Positions 39,601 to 51,376 of a stretch of 64,000 nucleotides of DNA are shown piece by piece. Source of the DNA: Phyllobates terribilis (taxonomy: Eukaryota); NCBI RefSeq assembly GCF_046119375.1, contig NW_027362761.1, forward strand, positions 536,858,001 to 536,922,000, written 5' to 3'. The stretch's first letter is position 1, and every line of letters starts with the position of its first letter. Below the pieces are notes generated by a model. The model saw only the letters and a program-made list of their open reading frames with translations, made no database searches and was not told the origin of the DNA. The translations under genes and the position numbers were made by a program.

Positions 39601-40430
39601 GAGTCTGTAGTATAATGCCCCCCCCCTTATAGTCATAGTCTGTAGTATAATGTACCCCCCCCATAGGCAGAGTCTGTAATATAATGTGCCCCCCCTCATA
39701 GGCAGAGTCTGTAGTATAATGTGCCCCCCCCCTTATAGGCAGAGTCTGTAGTGTAATGTGCCCCCCCCTCATAGGCAGACTCTGCAGTATAATGTGTCTC
39801 CCCCTCTAATAGGCAGACTCTGTAGTATAATGTGCCCCCCATAGGCAGAGTCTGTAGTATAATGTGCCCCCCCTCATAGGCAGAGTCTCTAGTATAATGC
39901 CCCCCCTTATAGGCAGAGTCTGTAGTGTAATGTGCCCCCCCCTCATAGGCAGACTCTGCAGTATAATGTGCCTCCCCCTCTAATAGGCAGAGTCTGTAGT
40001 ATAATGTGAACCCCCCCCCAATAGGCAGAGTCTGTAGTATAATGTCGCCCCCCTATCCCCCCTATACTCACCTCTCCTCATTCCCTTGCTGCTCTGTGTG
40101 CCGCACCCGGCCCGCACATCTCAGCACAACGGGCTGGGTGCCAAGTGATGACGTTACTGACGTCAGACTCAGAGGGGACTGATGGGAGAGAGGGAGCATC
40201 ACGGTGATGAGTGGGGGAGCCTGATGCTGGCACCAGGGCCCCCCCCCCTGCATAGCGGCCGCCCGGCAGTGCAGGGACATAGTCTCCCTGCTCTGCCTGG
40301 AGTATAACTGTATCTGGCGTGCTGCTGTGCGCGCCGGTTACAGTTGCACAGCGTAGCTCCGGATGCGCCCCCTCAGAGCGCGGGGCCTGGGGCCACCACC
40401 CCCTCTCTTTCCCCGGTAGCTATGCTACTG
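36686..40430. mobile_element. Non-autonomous hAT element (3.7 kb) filled with minisatellites
   Basis: Perfect 8-bp TSD GTAAGCTC (36678-36685 / 40431-40438); imperfect TIRs CAGAGACGTAGATA / TAGCTATGCTACTG. Confidence 0.85.
37395..40045. repeat. Two interleaved minisatellites: ~49-bp (CACTGTATGATGGCCCCCACACTGTGCAAAGACCCCACATTATCTCC) and ~29-33-bp (ATAGGCAGAGTCTGTAGTATAATGCCCCCC)
   Basis: Directly visible. The block order 49-mer / spacer / 30-mer occurs twice (spacers at ~37795 and ~38645), indicating an internal duplication. Confidence 0.93.
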
Positions 40431-41490
40431 GTAAGCTCTGAATGGTTGCTATGAACAACAAGGACAGTCTAACTCATAGACAATTTAAATAATTGAGGTC
40501 TAGAACTCAGTGTTCATTTTCTCTTTCTTCTCATCCAGCCCAGACTTCCATGACAACTTCTCCAGACCAATGCAGAGTTTGGTGCTCAGACATCTTTAAC
40601 TTGTCACTTCTGTAGTCACCTGCATCCTATTAAGCAACAGAAAGAAATTTAGACCCTTGACAAGACTTCTTAATTAAAACAGACCCCAGAGCAGACCCTT
40701 AAATTAATACATACACTAAACCCAACCCATAATTGAATTTGGACCCCAGACCACACCCTTAGTTTAGCTTTTTTTTGCATTGGGGTAGGTATATAGACAG
40801 TGGCAGAAATCCAGAATGCGAGGCAGGGGATCTTAGTGTCTGGAGTGACAATGGTTCTACCTTAAGTTTCATCTTTATCTTCACCTCATTTCCACGTAAC
40901 GAGGCCCGTCAGGCATCTTGGCTAAATAAGGTTACAATTACAGTTGTACTGGTCAACCTTTTTCCAGAAGTCAATAATGAGATCTGGGACCTCGGATATT
41001 TTCTTACTTTCCAAGACTGGAATTCTTGTAATTTATCAATGTGTTTTATAGAAAATCCCTGAGTGATATGCAGATGTATGTAGTAACTGCAATCAATAGT
41101 CTGGGAAACTGTAAAGAAAAAAGTGTCACATAAGAAAAAATGTGCAGAACCCAGAATAGATTCATACGGACTCTCAACTAAATGTTTAGTTATTTTTCTC
41201 TACTTTTTGTTTTTTTTCGGCTGTTTTTCATTTGGGCCTTATTCTATCCTTTTAACTTGCTCATTTTTTTTAAGTCTATTTTACATGTGTTCACCTTTTC
41301 TGTTAACCTTTGTCGGCAAGATTTGGATTTTCTAGATCTTTTCGGCTAATTCATTAATTATGACTTCTTAAATAGTCACTACATTTTGAAGGAAATTGAC
41401 ACCAGTGTCCCTTGGAGTGATTTTATGTACGCTTCAAATTTTGGAGCAAATTTTGCGACATAAACGCGGAGCAGTTGCAAGAATGGTTAA

Positions 41491-41919
41491 ATAAAATCTG
41501 TCACCAGGTTTTTATTACCCCGTCTGAGAGCAGCATGATATAGGGGCAGAGACCCTGATTCTAGCAATGTATCATTACTGGGCTGCTTGCTGCACTTTTT
41601 ATAAAAACACTGTTTTATCTGCTGCAGATCTAGATGAGCTCTGTATAACCCCGCACATGTTGATTTCTGCCTATGCAGAGTGTACACAGTAACCTACAAA
41701 TCAGAGGTGGTGACGGGGTTATACAGATCTCATAAACATGGATGACTACATGACGGCAGATTTACTAGTTCTCTAGTGATAATCTCCCGATGATAAAACT
41801 GTGATTTTATCAAAACTTCAGTAAGCAGCCCAGTAAGTGACACATCGCTAAAATCAGTGTCTCTGCCCCTAGATCATGCTGCTCTCAGATAAGGTGACAT
41901 ACTACGTGAGAGATTCCCT
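41491..41919. mobile_element. T2/Kolobok-type MITE
   Basis: Flanked by TTAA; termini ..AATCTGTCA / GAGAGATTCCCT; internal inverted symmetry. Confidence 0.65.
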
Positions 41920-42048
41920 TTAAATATGAAATAAAGAGCAATTTTTATTTTCCTCAAAACTCATAAACAGCATGTGCCATATTGAAGAATTTGGTGCAAG
42001 AAACACCTACAAATACCTCAAGAAGATAAAAAAAGAAAGTTGACTTAA

Positions 42049-42558
42049 AGGGAGTCTGTCAAAAAAACAATGCTAAAATTAAACAATTTACACATTCATA
42101 TAGGGAACTTAGCCCCGATAAAAGCCATACATGTGGTAACGCGCGCTCATCTTCCTCTCATGTCAGCATCACTGCAGGGCGATCCTGTGTGCACCGAGCA
42201 TCCGCTTCAGACAGGAAGGGGGATCAGAGGACGCCCAGACACCATGACACTGCGTGAGCTCTCGGCTCCTGCAACGACAGTGCGTTCAGGGCTGAGAATT
42301 GAATATAAGCAGTGCTACTTGGAGCGTTGTCAGTCATCACATGGGGAGGGGCAGAGGATGGTAATTAATGGGGCAAAACTGTGCACTAAGCACTTGGCCA
42401 CACAATGGGTGCACCAAAGCCCCCTCATTTACATATATAATAAATCTGCTTTTACATAAAACAAAATAATTAAATTCTGTATGATTTTTGTAAGTCATCT
42501 ACAGGTATATAAATGTATAGATGGTTTAATTTGCGTTTTGGGGGGTAACAGTCTACCT
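42049..42558. mobile_element. T2/Kolobok-type MITE
   Basis: TTAA|AGGGAGTCTGTCA ... TAACAGTCTACCT|ATAA. Confidence 0.55.
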
Positions 42559-42562
42559 ATAA

Positions 42563-42950
42563 GGCTATGTGCCCACGTTGCATTTATGAAGCAGAAAATT
42601 TCTGCTGCATAAATGCAAGTCCTCTCCCGGAAAAACGCATGCGGAATTCCGCACGCGTTTATCGCGCTTTTTTCGCACGTTTATCACGCGTTTTCCACAT
42701 GCGGAATTGCCTTGCGCTTTTTAAGCATTGGACAAAGGCAATTCTGCATGCGGAAACGCAAAATTAAATGACATGCTGCGGATTTTTGAACGCGGCATAA
42801 ACGCTGCGGAAAAATCCGCAGCATGTGCATAGAAGTTGCGGAAACCCATTGGGGATCATGGGGTGCGGGTTACCAAGCATTTTACAAGCGTTTCCGCTGC
42901 GGAAATTCCGCATCAAAAACGCTTGTAAAACGCTACGTGGGCACACAGCC
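42563..42950. mobile_element. PIF/Harbinger (Tourist-like) MITE
   Basis: 16-bp TIR GGCT(A/G)TGTGCCCACGT, TAA TSD, palindromic interior. Confidence 0.88.
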
Positions 42951-43399
42951 TAAAAATTCAGCAAATAATGAATCGGGCCCTTAGTGTCTTCAAAAATGTG
43001 TCCTCCCACCCTTGTACCTTTCTGCCATTTTACCCCAGTTTCCGATGTTTTTTGCGGTTTTCTGGGTCCCATTCACATGATACATTTGTTGCCATCCAGC
43101 ACTATTTGTGCTGGTGTTTCTGTTGGCTAAAAAACAAGAATTTCAATTACTGCCCAGCCACAGGCAGTAAGCCTCCTTAGAATAAAAAGAATTGTCCCAT
43201 TCATAAATTGACATTTCATTAGTCGGACACAGTTCTTGTGCTTTATTACACAGGGAGCTTGGAACTAAGGTACAGATTTGCATGTAGGCACAGGAAAGGG
43301 CCTGCATGGAGCCAACAGATCGCTTCTGTAGCCAGTGCCGTAACTAAAGTCCTATTCTAATCTTGTGCCCCCACGAACATGTTAGTCAAATGTACAGGC

Positions 43400-44897
43400 C
43401 TATGTAATAATGTCCCCCATCCAGGCCCCTTTCTTTAATAATGTCCTCCCTCCTGGCCCCCATCCTGTAATAATGTCCTCACTCCTGGCCCTCATCCTGT
43501 AATAATGTACTCCTTCCTGGCCCCCATCCTGTAATAATGTCCTCCCTCCTGGCCCCCATCCTGTAATAATGTCCTCACTCCTGGCCCTCATCCTGTAATA
43601 ATGTACTCCTTCCTGGCCCCCATCCTGTAATAATGTCCTCCCTCCCGGCCCCCATCCTGTAATAATGTCCTCCTTCCTGGCCCCATCCTGTAATAATGTC
43701 CTCCCTCCTGGCCCTCATCCTGTAATAATGTACTCCTTTCTGGCCCCCATCCTGTAATAATGTCCTCCCTCCTGGCCCCCATCCTGTAATAATATCCTTC
43801 CTCTGGCCCTCATCCTGTAATAATGTACTCCTTCCTGGCCCCCATCCTGTCATAATGTCCTCCCTCCTGGCCCCCATCCTGTCATAATGTCCTCCCTCCT
43901 GGCCCCCATCCTGTAATAATGTCCTCCCTCCTGGCCCCATCCTGTAATAATGTCCTCCCTCTGGCCCTCATCCTGTAATAATGTACTCCTTCCTGGCCCC
44001 CATCCTGTCATAATGTCCTCCCTCCTGGCCCCCATCCTGTAATAATGTCCTCCCTCCTGGCCCCCATCCTGTAATAATGTCCTCACTCCTGGCCCTCATC
44101 CTGTAATAATGTACTCCTTCCTGGCCCCCATCCTGTAATAATGTCCTCCCTCCCGGCCCCCATCCTGTAATAATGTCCTCCTTCCTGGCCCCATCCTGTA
44201 ATAATGTCCTCCCTCCTGGCCCTCATCCTGTAATAATGTACTCCTTTCTGGCCCCCATCCTGTAATAATGTCCTCCCTCCTGGCCCCCATCCTGTAATAA
44301 TGTCCTCCCTCCTGGCCCTCATCCTGTAATAATGTACTCCTTTCTGGCCCCCATCCTGTAATAATGTCCTCCCTCCTGGCCCCCATCCTGTAATAATGTC
44401 CTCCCTCTGGCCCTCATCCTGTAATAATGTACTCCTTCCTGGCCCCCATCCTGTCATAATGTCCTCCCTCCTGGCCCCCATCCTGTCATAATGTCCTCCC
44501 TCCTGGCCCCCATCCTGTCATAATGTCCTCCCTCCTGGCCCCCATCCTGTAATAATGTCCTCCCTCCTGGCCCCATCCTGTAATAATGTCCTCCCTCTGG
44601 CCCTCATCCTGTAATAATGTACTCCTTCCTGGCCCCCATCCTGTCATAATGTCCTCCCTCCTGGCCCCTATCCTGTCATAATGTCCTCCCTCCTGGCCCC
44701 CATCCTGTAATAATGTCCTCCCTCCTGGCCCCCATCCTGTAATAATGTCCTCCCTCTGGCCCTCATCCTGTAATAATGTACTCCTTCCTGGCCCCCATCC
44801 TGTCATAATGTCCTCCCTCCTGGCCCCCATCCTGTCATAATGTCCTCCCTCCTGGCCCCCATCCTGTAATAATGTCCTCCCTCCTGGCCCCCATCCT
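43400..44897. repeat. 32-bp minisatellite CCTGGCCCCCATCCTGTAATAATGTCCTCCCT (degenerate continuation 53520-53760)
   Basis: Directly visible, ~45 units. Confidence 0.96.
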
Positions 44898-47800
44898 ACC
44901 GCTCGATGCTCGCCCGAGCATCTCACTGCTCGACATGCTCGGTGCTCGCCGAGTATTTCCGGGGTTGCTCGGCGGGAGCTCGGGTCCCCTCCCTGCATGT
45001 TTGCCGCTCTTTAGAGTGCCAATCAACATGCAGGGATTGTCTGCCACACACTGTAATGCTGTATCCATGTTGGTTGTGACATTACAGTGATTGGCTGGCC
45101 GCACAGCGTCATCAGGTCTATATCAGACCTGGTGCTGCTGTGCTCGTCACAGTCACTCCAGAATCAGACAGTGTAGGAGAGGTGCTGCTGCGTCAAGGAG
45201 AGAGTTGCATGTTTAGAGTTAGTATAGGTATTCCACAACATATATCTATAATATCCATCTGAACTAACAGTCCTTCTGAGGACTAATCCAGCTGCATAGA
45301 TATCAGTGCTAGGCAGGCAGGCTGTGTATGTGGCAGACTGCAGTGCATATAGCAAGAGAGTCCATTTCAGTTCTGTCTGCTGGTGCTTTTACAGATATTT
45401 CTAGAAATAAGCAATCCAGAGAACACAGTTTTTCTGCTCCATTTGCTTGTTGGCACTGCAGAATACAGCCAGATCCTTTCCATATGACAGCGCTAAAAAT
45501 CCATCTAGTTAAAACTATAGTTGGTCCATCGCATGGATCACATATAATTTCTCTGAAAATTCTGCCATTTCTGGCCTCCATTGAAATTTTGTTACAGTGT
45601 GTCAGCGAAGTTATTGACACGAAGTCGCTGTTAAAAATAGTTACCTACAAGCTATTTAAAACTGTGGTTTTCTGTCACACGGATCACATATCACTGCGGT
45701 TCAAATCCAGCCATTTGTACTGAACATTTAAAATATTGTCCTCCATTTATAACGGGCAAGGCGAGTGGCAAGGGACGGGGAAGTGGACGTGATGGTGATG
45801 ATGGTGCATGCAGAGGACGAGGCCGAGGCCGTGTACTAGCTGAAATTGTGCCACAACAAACACCCACATCTTCTCCCTCCACCTTCCTGTCCCAATTAAT
45901 AGGGGACAGCAGAACACCACTATTGAACAAAGAGCAGTGTGAAAAGGTTATTGGTTGGATAGCAGATATTGCTTCCAGTCACTTAGCCACCACCACCACC
46001 ACCACCACCCTGTCTTCCACATGGTCAAGTCTCAGTAGCCGTGAGTCTGGACCGCATATTCCTCACCCTGATCCTCCTTCATCCCACCATGCCGAGTGCC
46101 CGGAGACAACTGATCCTACAATTGGACACTCCGAAGAGCTGTTCACTTTTCCATTTATAGATTCGGACCTCTCGCCCGGTCCACTTGAAGTGGGGCAAGA
46201 GGACATCGCATGTAGCGATGCCAAAATATTTGCCCAGCCACGGTCACACGAAGGCGATGGTGGGAAACTGTCACAAGAGGTGGACGATGATGAGACACAA
46301 TTGCCATAAAGTCAGGAGGAGGACCAGGGTGCGGAAGTGGAAGATGAGGTGGTGGATGATATAGTAACTGACCCAACCTGCAGGGGGACATACAGAGGGA
46401 GGACAGCAGCACACAGGGGGAGGGAGGCGTAGCACCACAACAGGTAGGAAGAAGCAGTGTGGTGACTGCAGACAGAAGGCGGGCAACTGTTCCCCGTAAC
46501 ATCAACATGACAGAAGTTGGCAGTACAACTTTTAGGTCTTCCTGAGTCTAGCTGTTTTTTAAAGACTCTGCTGATAACCCCAAAAAGGCCATTTGCACCA
46601 CCTGTCAATCCAGCATCAGCAGGGGTAGCAAAACTACCAGCCTGACCACCACTGGCATGATCAGGCACATGGCAGCAAAGCACCCGACTTTGTGGGCCGA
46701 AACCCAGGGTCCAGGAACAGTGTCTGCGGGTGGCACCACTGCTGTTGTGCATGCAAGCCAATCTTCTGTCCATGGTGTATACGAAGATGCCTCCTGCCCT
46801 GCACCTGTCATTGCACACTCTCAACTAGCACCATCAGCAACCATGTCCACGTCCTTGTCCCAGCGCAGCGTTCAGTTGTCCCTACCCCAGTCCTTAGAAC
46901 GCAAGCGCAAAAACGCAGCCAACGCCCCACAGGCCTCCCTAATAAATTCACACATTTTGCGACTGCTTGCGCTCGAAATGTTGACTTTTAGGCTCGTGGA
47001 GACGGAAGGTTTCTGCAACCTGATGGCGGCGGCCGTCCCTCGGTACTCAGTCACCAGCCACCACTATTTCTCTCGGTGTGCCGTCCCCACATTACATGAG
47101 CACGTGTCCCACAATATTAGTGGTGCCCTCAACAATGCAGTTACTGGGAAAGTCCACCTAACCATGGATAAGTGCTTGTGGGCAGGGACGGTACATCTCA
47201 CTGATGGCACACTGGGTTAACATAGTGGAAGCCGGGACCCAGTCGGACCTTGGGACGGAACACGTCCTCCAGACGCTGAGGATTGCGGGCCCTGGGTCAA
47301 TCAGGATTGCCCCCACATTCTACAGCTCCTGCACCTCCTCCTCTTCCTCCTCTTCAGCATCCATCTCCAAAATAACCACATCAGTCACAAGCTTGAAGCA
47401 CTACAGCACTGCCTCGGCCAAGCAGCAACAGGCTGTGCTGAAGCTAATATGTTACGTGACAAACCACACAACGCTGAAGCGTTGTGGACAGCTCTGAAAG
47501 AGCAGGCAGATCTGTGGCTCACCCCGCTGAACATACAGCCAGGCATGTTCGTGTGTGACAATGGCCGGAACCTGGTGGTGGCTCTGAGGCAAAGCGAGAT
47601 TACACACGTACCATGCCTGGCTCATGTGCTTAACCTCGTGGTTCAGCGGTTTCTCAAAACCTACCCGGAGCTGACGGATCTGCTTGTCAAAGTACGCCAC
47701 CTGTGTGCCCATTTTAGAAAGTCACCTACAGCTTCCGCCTCCCTTGCCGTGCTTCAGGAACGTTTGCAGCTTCCGGCTCACCGACTGATGTGTGATGTCT

Positions 47801-47947
47801 CACGCGCGTTGGAACTCTACAGATGTTGGGAAGGATTTGTGAGCAGAAGAAGGCAGTTGTTAACTACCAGCATCAATAAGGCCGTCGGTATTCAGTTCAG
47901 ACTCCACATATAAGACCTCAGGAGTGGACATGGATGTTAGACATATG

Positions 47948-49210
47948 TGTAGCGCCCCGAGGGTTCGGCCGCTATAGGGGTATTGCACCTCAACCAGTGG
48001 TGTGATATTCCACTCCCAGGTAAGGATGGAGTATGGACCAGGGCTCAGTTAGCTGCATACACCACACACACCCCATTTCCGGGGGACAGCTCGACGGTGC
48101 TCCCATTTATATATATGCAGGCATAACTGACTATGTCCCTGGCTGGAGTGGGGAGGGGGGAGGAAAACCCAGTGATGTAGGAGCAGGTAGGGGTTGGGTT
48201 CTGAGCATAGGAAGGAGCTCATTGGGTGCAGGTCACCCGGGCTCACACACAGAGGAGGAGGTATAAAAGGTGGGCACCATCTTAGGAGGGAGTTCAGTCC
48301 GTTCAGTGGAGAAGTGACAGGGAGCAGAGGCTCTGTAGGAGGTCTGCTCAGAAGGCAGGCCTAGAGAAGAGGCCGGGGCCAGAGAGGAGAAGTGGAGGAG
48401 AGGAGAAGGAACAGGAAAGAAGGAGAAGAGATGGAGAAGCAGAAAGGCTCAGAAACAAGGCAGAAGGGACCCTAAGAGCCCATGAGATATCGGGTGAAGG
48501 GTCAGGCAGAATAAGGGTACCGGATCCCAAGTTGGTGGAGGTAAATTATCCCTCAGCCAAAGACCGGAGGTCGTGATCATCTATTGGTGCGACCCCCTGC
48601 TAAACCTACTAGGAAGGCACCATATAGGATAGCGGGAAACGGGGCCCACGTTTGCCTGCATAGATCCGCGGCAGCTGGACTGAAGTTTGGTCACTGGTGG
48701 GGCATGAGCCAGAGAAAGGACAGAGGGCAGTCCTGTGCCATACTCCTGAATTGCCTGAGGGTTGACCGAGCCCCTCACCTGGTGGACGCAGCACGGCTTG
48801 GGCAGTCATTACCGGCGGAAGTGACTTGGATATCAACTGTGAGTAAAAGACCCTGGACTGCAACACGTTGTCTCTGTGTTTCTTACCGCGCCAGCACTAA
48901 CGGTACTGGGACGCCCTGCACCACAACACCACCATCTACGCTCACTGCCCTGAGGCTACACTCCTCCCGTGGGGAGTTATACTATTCTCTGCTGCACCCA
49001 CAACACCAGCCTCAGCGGTCTGACTTGCAGCGGCGGTCATCCCTGACCGCAATCCACGGGTGGCGTAGTCGGACATTCAAAAACCCTACAAATAGACTGC
49101 CACAGCTATTGGTCTGACCACCCTGAGCCATGGGATCGGGTTGCCACTACTACCCCCATCATCACACTAAAGCCCGGTTCTGGGTGCCCCACGGCCCAGG
49201 GGGCGAGTCA
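47948..49210 (+). mobile_element. Solo LTR, family C (1263 bp)
   Basis: TGTAGCGCCCC...GGCGAGTCA with TATG TSD (47944-47947 / 49211-49214); TATA at ~48261. Confidence 0.92.
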
Positions 49211-49249
49211 TATGTACCATCCTCCAAAACTCTGAGGACTCCACCAAGA

Positions 49250-51376
49250 GGACTCAGAAAGAGAATAGGAGGGATCCAATGGCTGGATGTCCTTAAGGAC
49301 AAAAATGTCCAGGAAGGATGGGAAATTTTTAAAAATGAGATTCTCAAAGCACAATCGTTAGCAATCCCAAAAAGTAGGAAGAATGGGAAGCATTTAAGGA
49401 AACAGGATGGATGAACACAGAACTTAAACACATGCTAAAAAGAAAGAAAGAAATGTTTATCAAATGGAAAGAGGGAGGCATATCTAAAGAAGATTATAAT
49501 GCAGTCTGCAGATCCTGTAGGGCACGTATTAGGTTAGCTAAAACTGACAATGAATTAAGGCTTGCAAGAGATGTCAAAAGCAATAAAAAAGGATTTTGGG
49601 GGTATGTCAAAAGTAAAAGAAAAGTCAAAGATGCTATAGAATTTTTACAGGATGAAAATGGAGAAATGGTAAGAGAGGATGTTGAGAAGGCAGAACTTTT
49701 TAATTCCAATTTTGCATCAGTTTTCTCTCAGAAAGAAAATGTAACATCAACTGATCTTCACTGTCCTATTAAAGGAATAGAAGAATCCAGGTTATCTGTA
49801 AACAGAAAGATTGTGAGGGAATATTTAGCTAACATAAATAAGTTCAAGTCTCCAGGTCCAGATGAATTACACCCCAGAGTACTGAAGGAGATCGTAGAAG
49901 AAATTTTAGAACCACTCTCCATAATCTTTGAAAATTCTTGGAGAACAGGAGAAGTCCCAGAAGACTGGAGAAGAGCAAATGTTGTTCCTATCTTCAAAAA
50001 GGGGAAGAAGGTGGACCCAGGGAACTATAGGCCGGTGAGTCTGACTTCTATACCAGGAAAGATCTTTGAACAAATTATTAAACAACATGTATGTAAGTAC
50101 CTGGATAAGAATGAAGTGATTAACCAGAGTCAGCATGGGTTTGTAACTAACAAGTCATGTCAGACTAACTTAATTTCCTTCTATGACAGAATCACTGACT
50201 GGGTGGATCAGGGAAATGCTGTAGATATAGTATATCTTGACTTCAGCAAAGCATTTGACAAAGTATCTCACACCATCCTTATTGAAAAAATGACCAAGTA
50301 TGGAATGGACAAGGCAACTGTTAGGTGGATTCATAACTGGCTTAGTGATCAGACCCAAAGAGTGGTCGTAAATGGCTTCACATCCACTTGGGTGAATGTC
50401 TCAAGTGGGCTACCATAGGGCTCTGTCCTGGGACCTGTATTGTTCAACATCTTTATCAATGATTTAGATGAAGGAATTGAGGGTAAACTGATTAAATTTG
50501 CTGATGACACAAAGCTAGGAGGGATAGCTAACACGAGAGAAGAGAGAGAGAGGATTCAAAAAGACCTAAATAAACTGGAGCAGTGGGCAGCAACTAACAG
50601 AATGGTTTTTAACAGGGAAAAATGCAAGTACTATATCCTGGCAATAAAAATGAAAAAAGCATATACAGAATGGGAGGAATAGAGCTAAGCAACAGTACAT
50701 GTAAAAAAGACTTAGGTATACTAATAGATCATAGACTGAACATGAGTCAACAGTGTGATGCAGCAGCAAGAAAGGCAAATACAATTCTGGGATGTAACAG
50801 AAGCATACAGTCCAGATCACATGAAGTCATTATCGCACTTTACTCCTCTTTGGTCAGACGTCATCTGGAATACTGTGTTCAGTTTTGGGCACCACATTTT
50901 AAAAAAGACATCGACAAACTGGAGCAAGTCCAGAGAAGAGCGACCAGAATGGTGACCGGTCTGCAAACCATGTCCTATGAGGAACGGTTACAGGATTTGG
51001 GAATGTTTAGCTTGCAAAAAAGAAGACTGAAAGGAGACTTAATAGCTGTCTACAAATATCTCAAGGGATGTCACATTGTAGAAGGAACATCTTTATTCTC
51101 ATTTGCACAAGGAAAAACTAGAAGCAATGGGATGAAACTAAATGGGAGGAGAAACAGATTAGATATTATAAAAAACTTTTTGACACTTAGGCTGATCAAT
51201 GAGTGGAACAGGCTGCCACGAGAGGTGGTGAGTTCCCCTTCAATGGACATCTTCAAACAGAGGCTGGACAGACATCTGTCTGAGATGATTTAGTGAATCC
51301 TGCTTTGAGCAGGGGGTTGGACCAGATGACCCAGGAGGTCCCTTCCAACTCTACCATTCTATGATTCTATGATTCT
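49250..51376 (+). mobile_element. 5'-truncated CR1, same subfamily as 22539-28857, with a stop and frameshifts
   Basis: ORF fragments 49411-50418 and 50622-51293 are nearly identical to ORF2 at 22617; (ATTCTATG)n tail; AAGA at both junctions. Confidence 0.95.

Noticed and set aside
41008-41108. Possible 101-bp minus-strand exon (acceptor CTTTTTTCTTTACAG, donor AAA|GTAAGA)
   Set aside because: One open frame (SQTIDCSYYIHLHITQGFSIKHIDKLQEFQSWK), but I do not recognise the peptide and see no partner exons; it needs RNA-seq or a homology search.
37939-44998. GGHIILQTLP and GWGPGGRTLLQDG repeat ORFs
   Set aside because: Translations of the MITE minisatellites.
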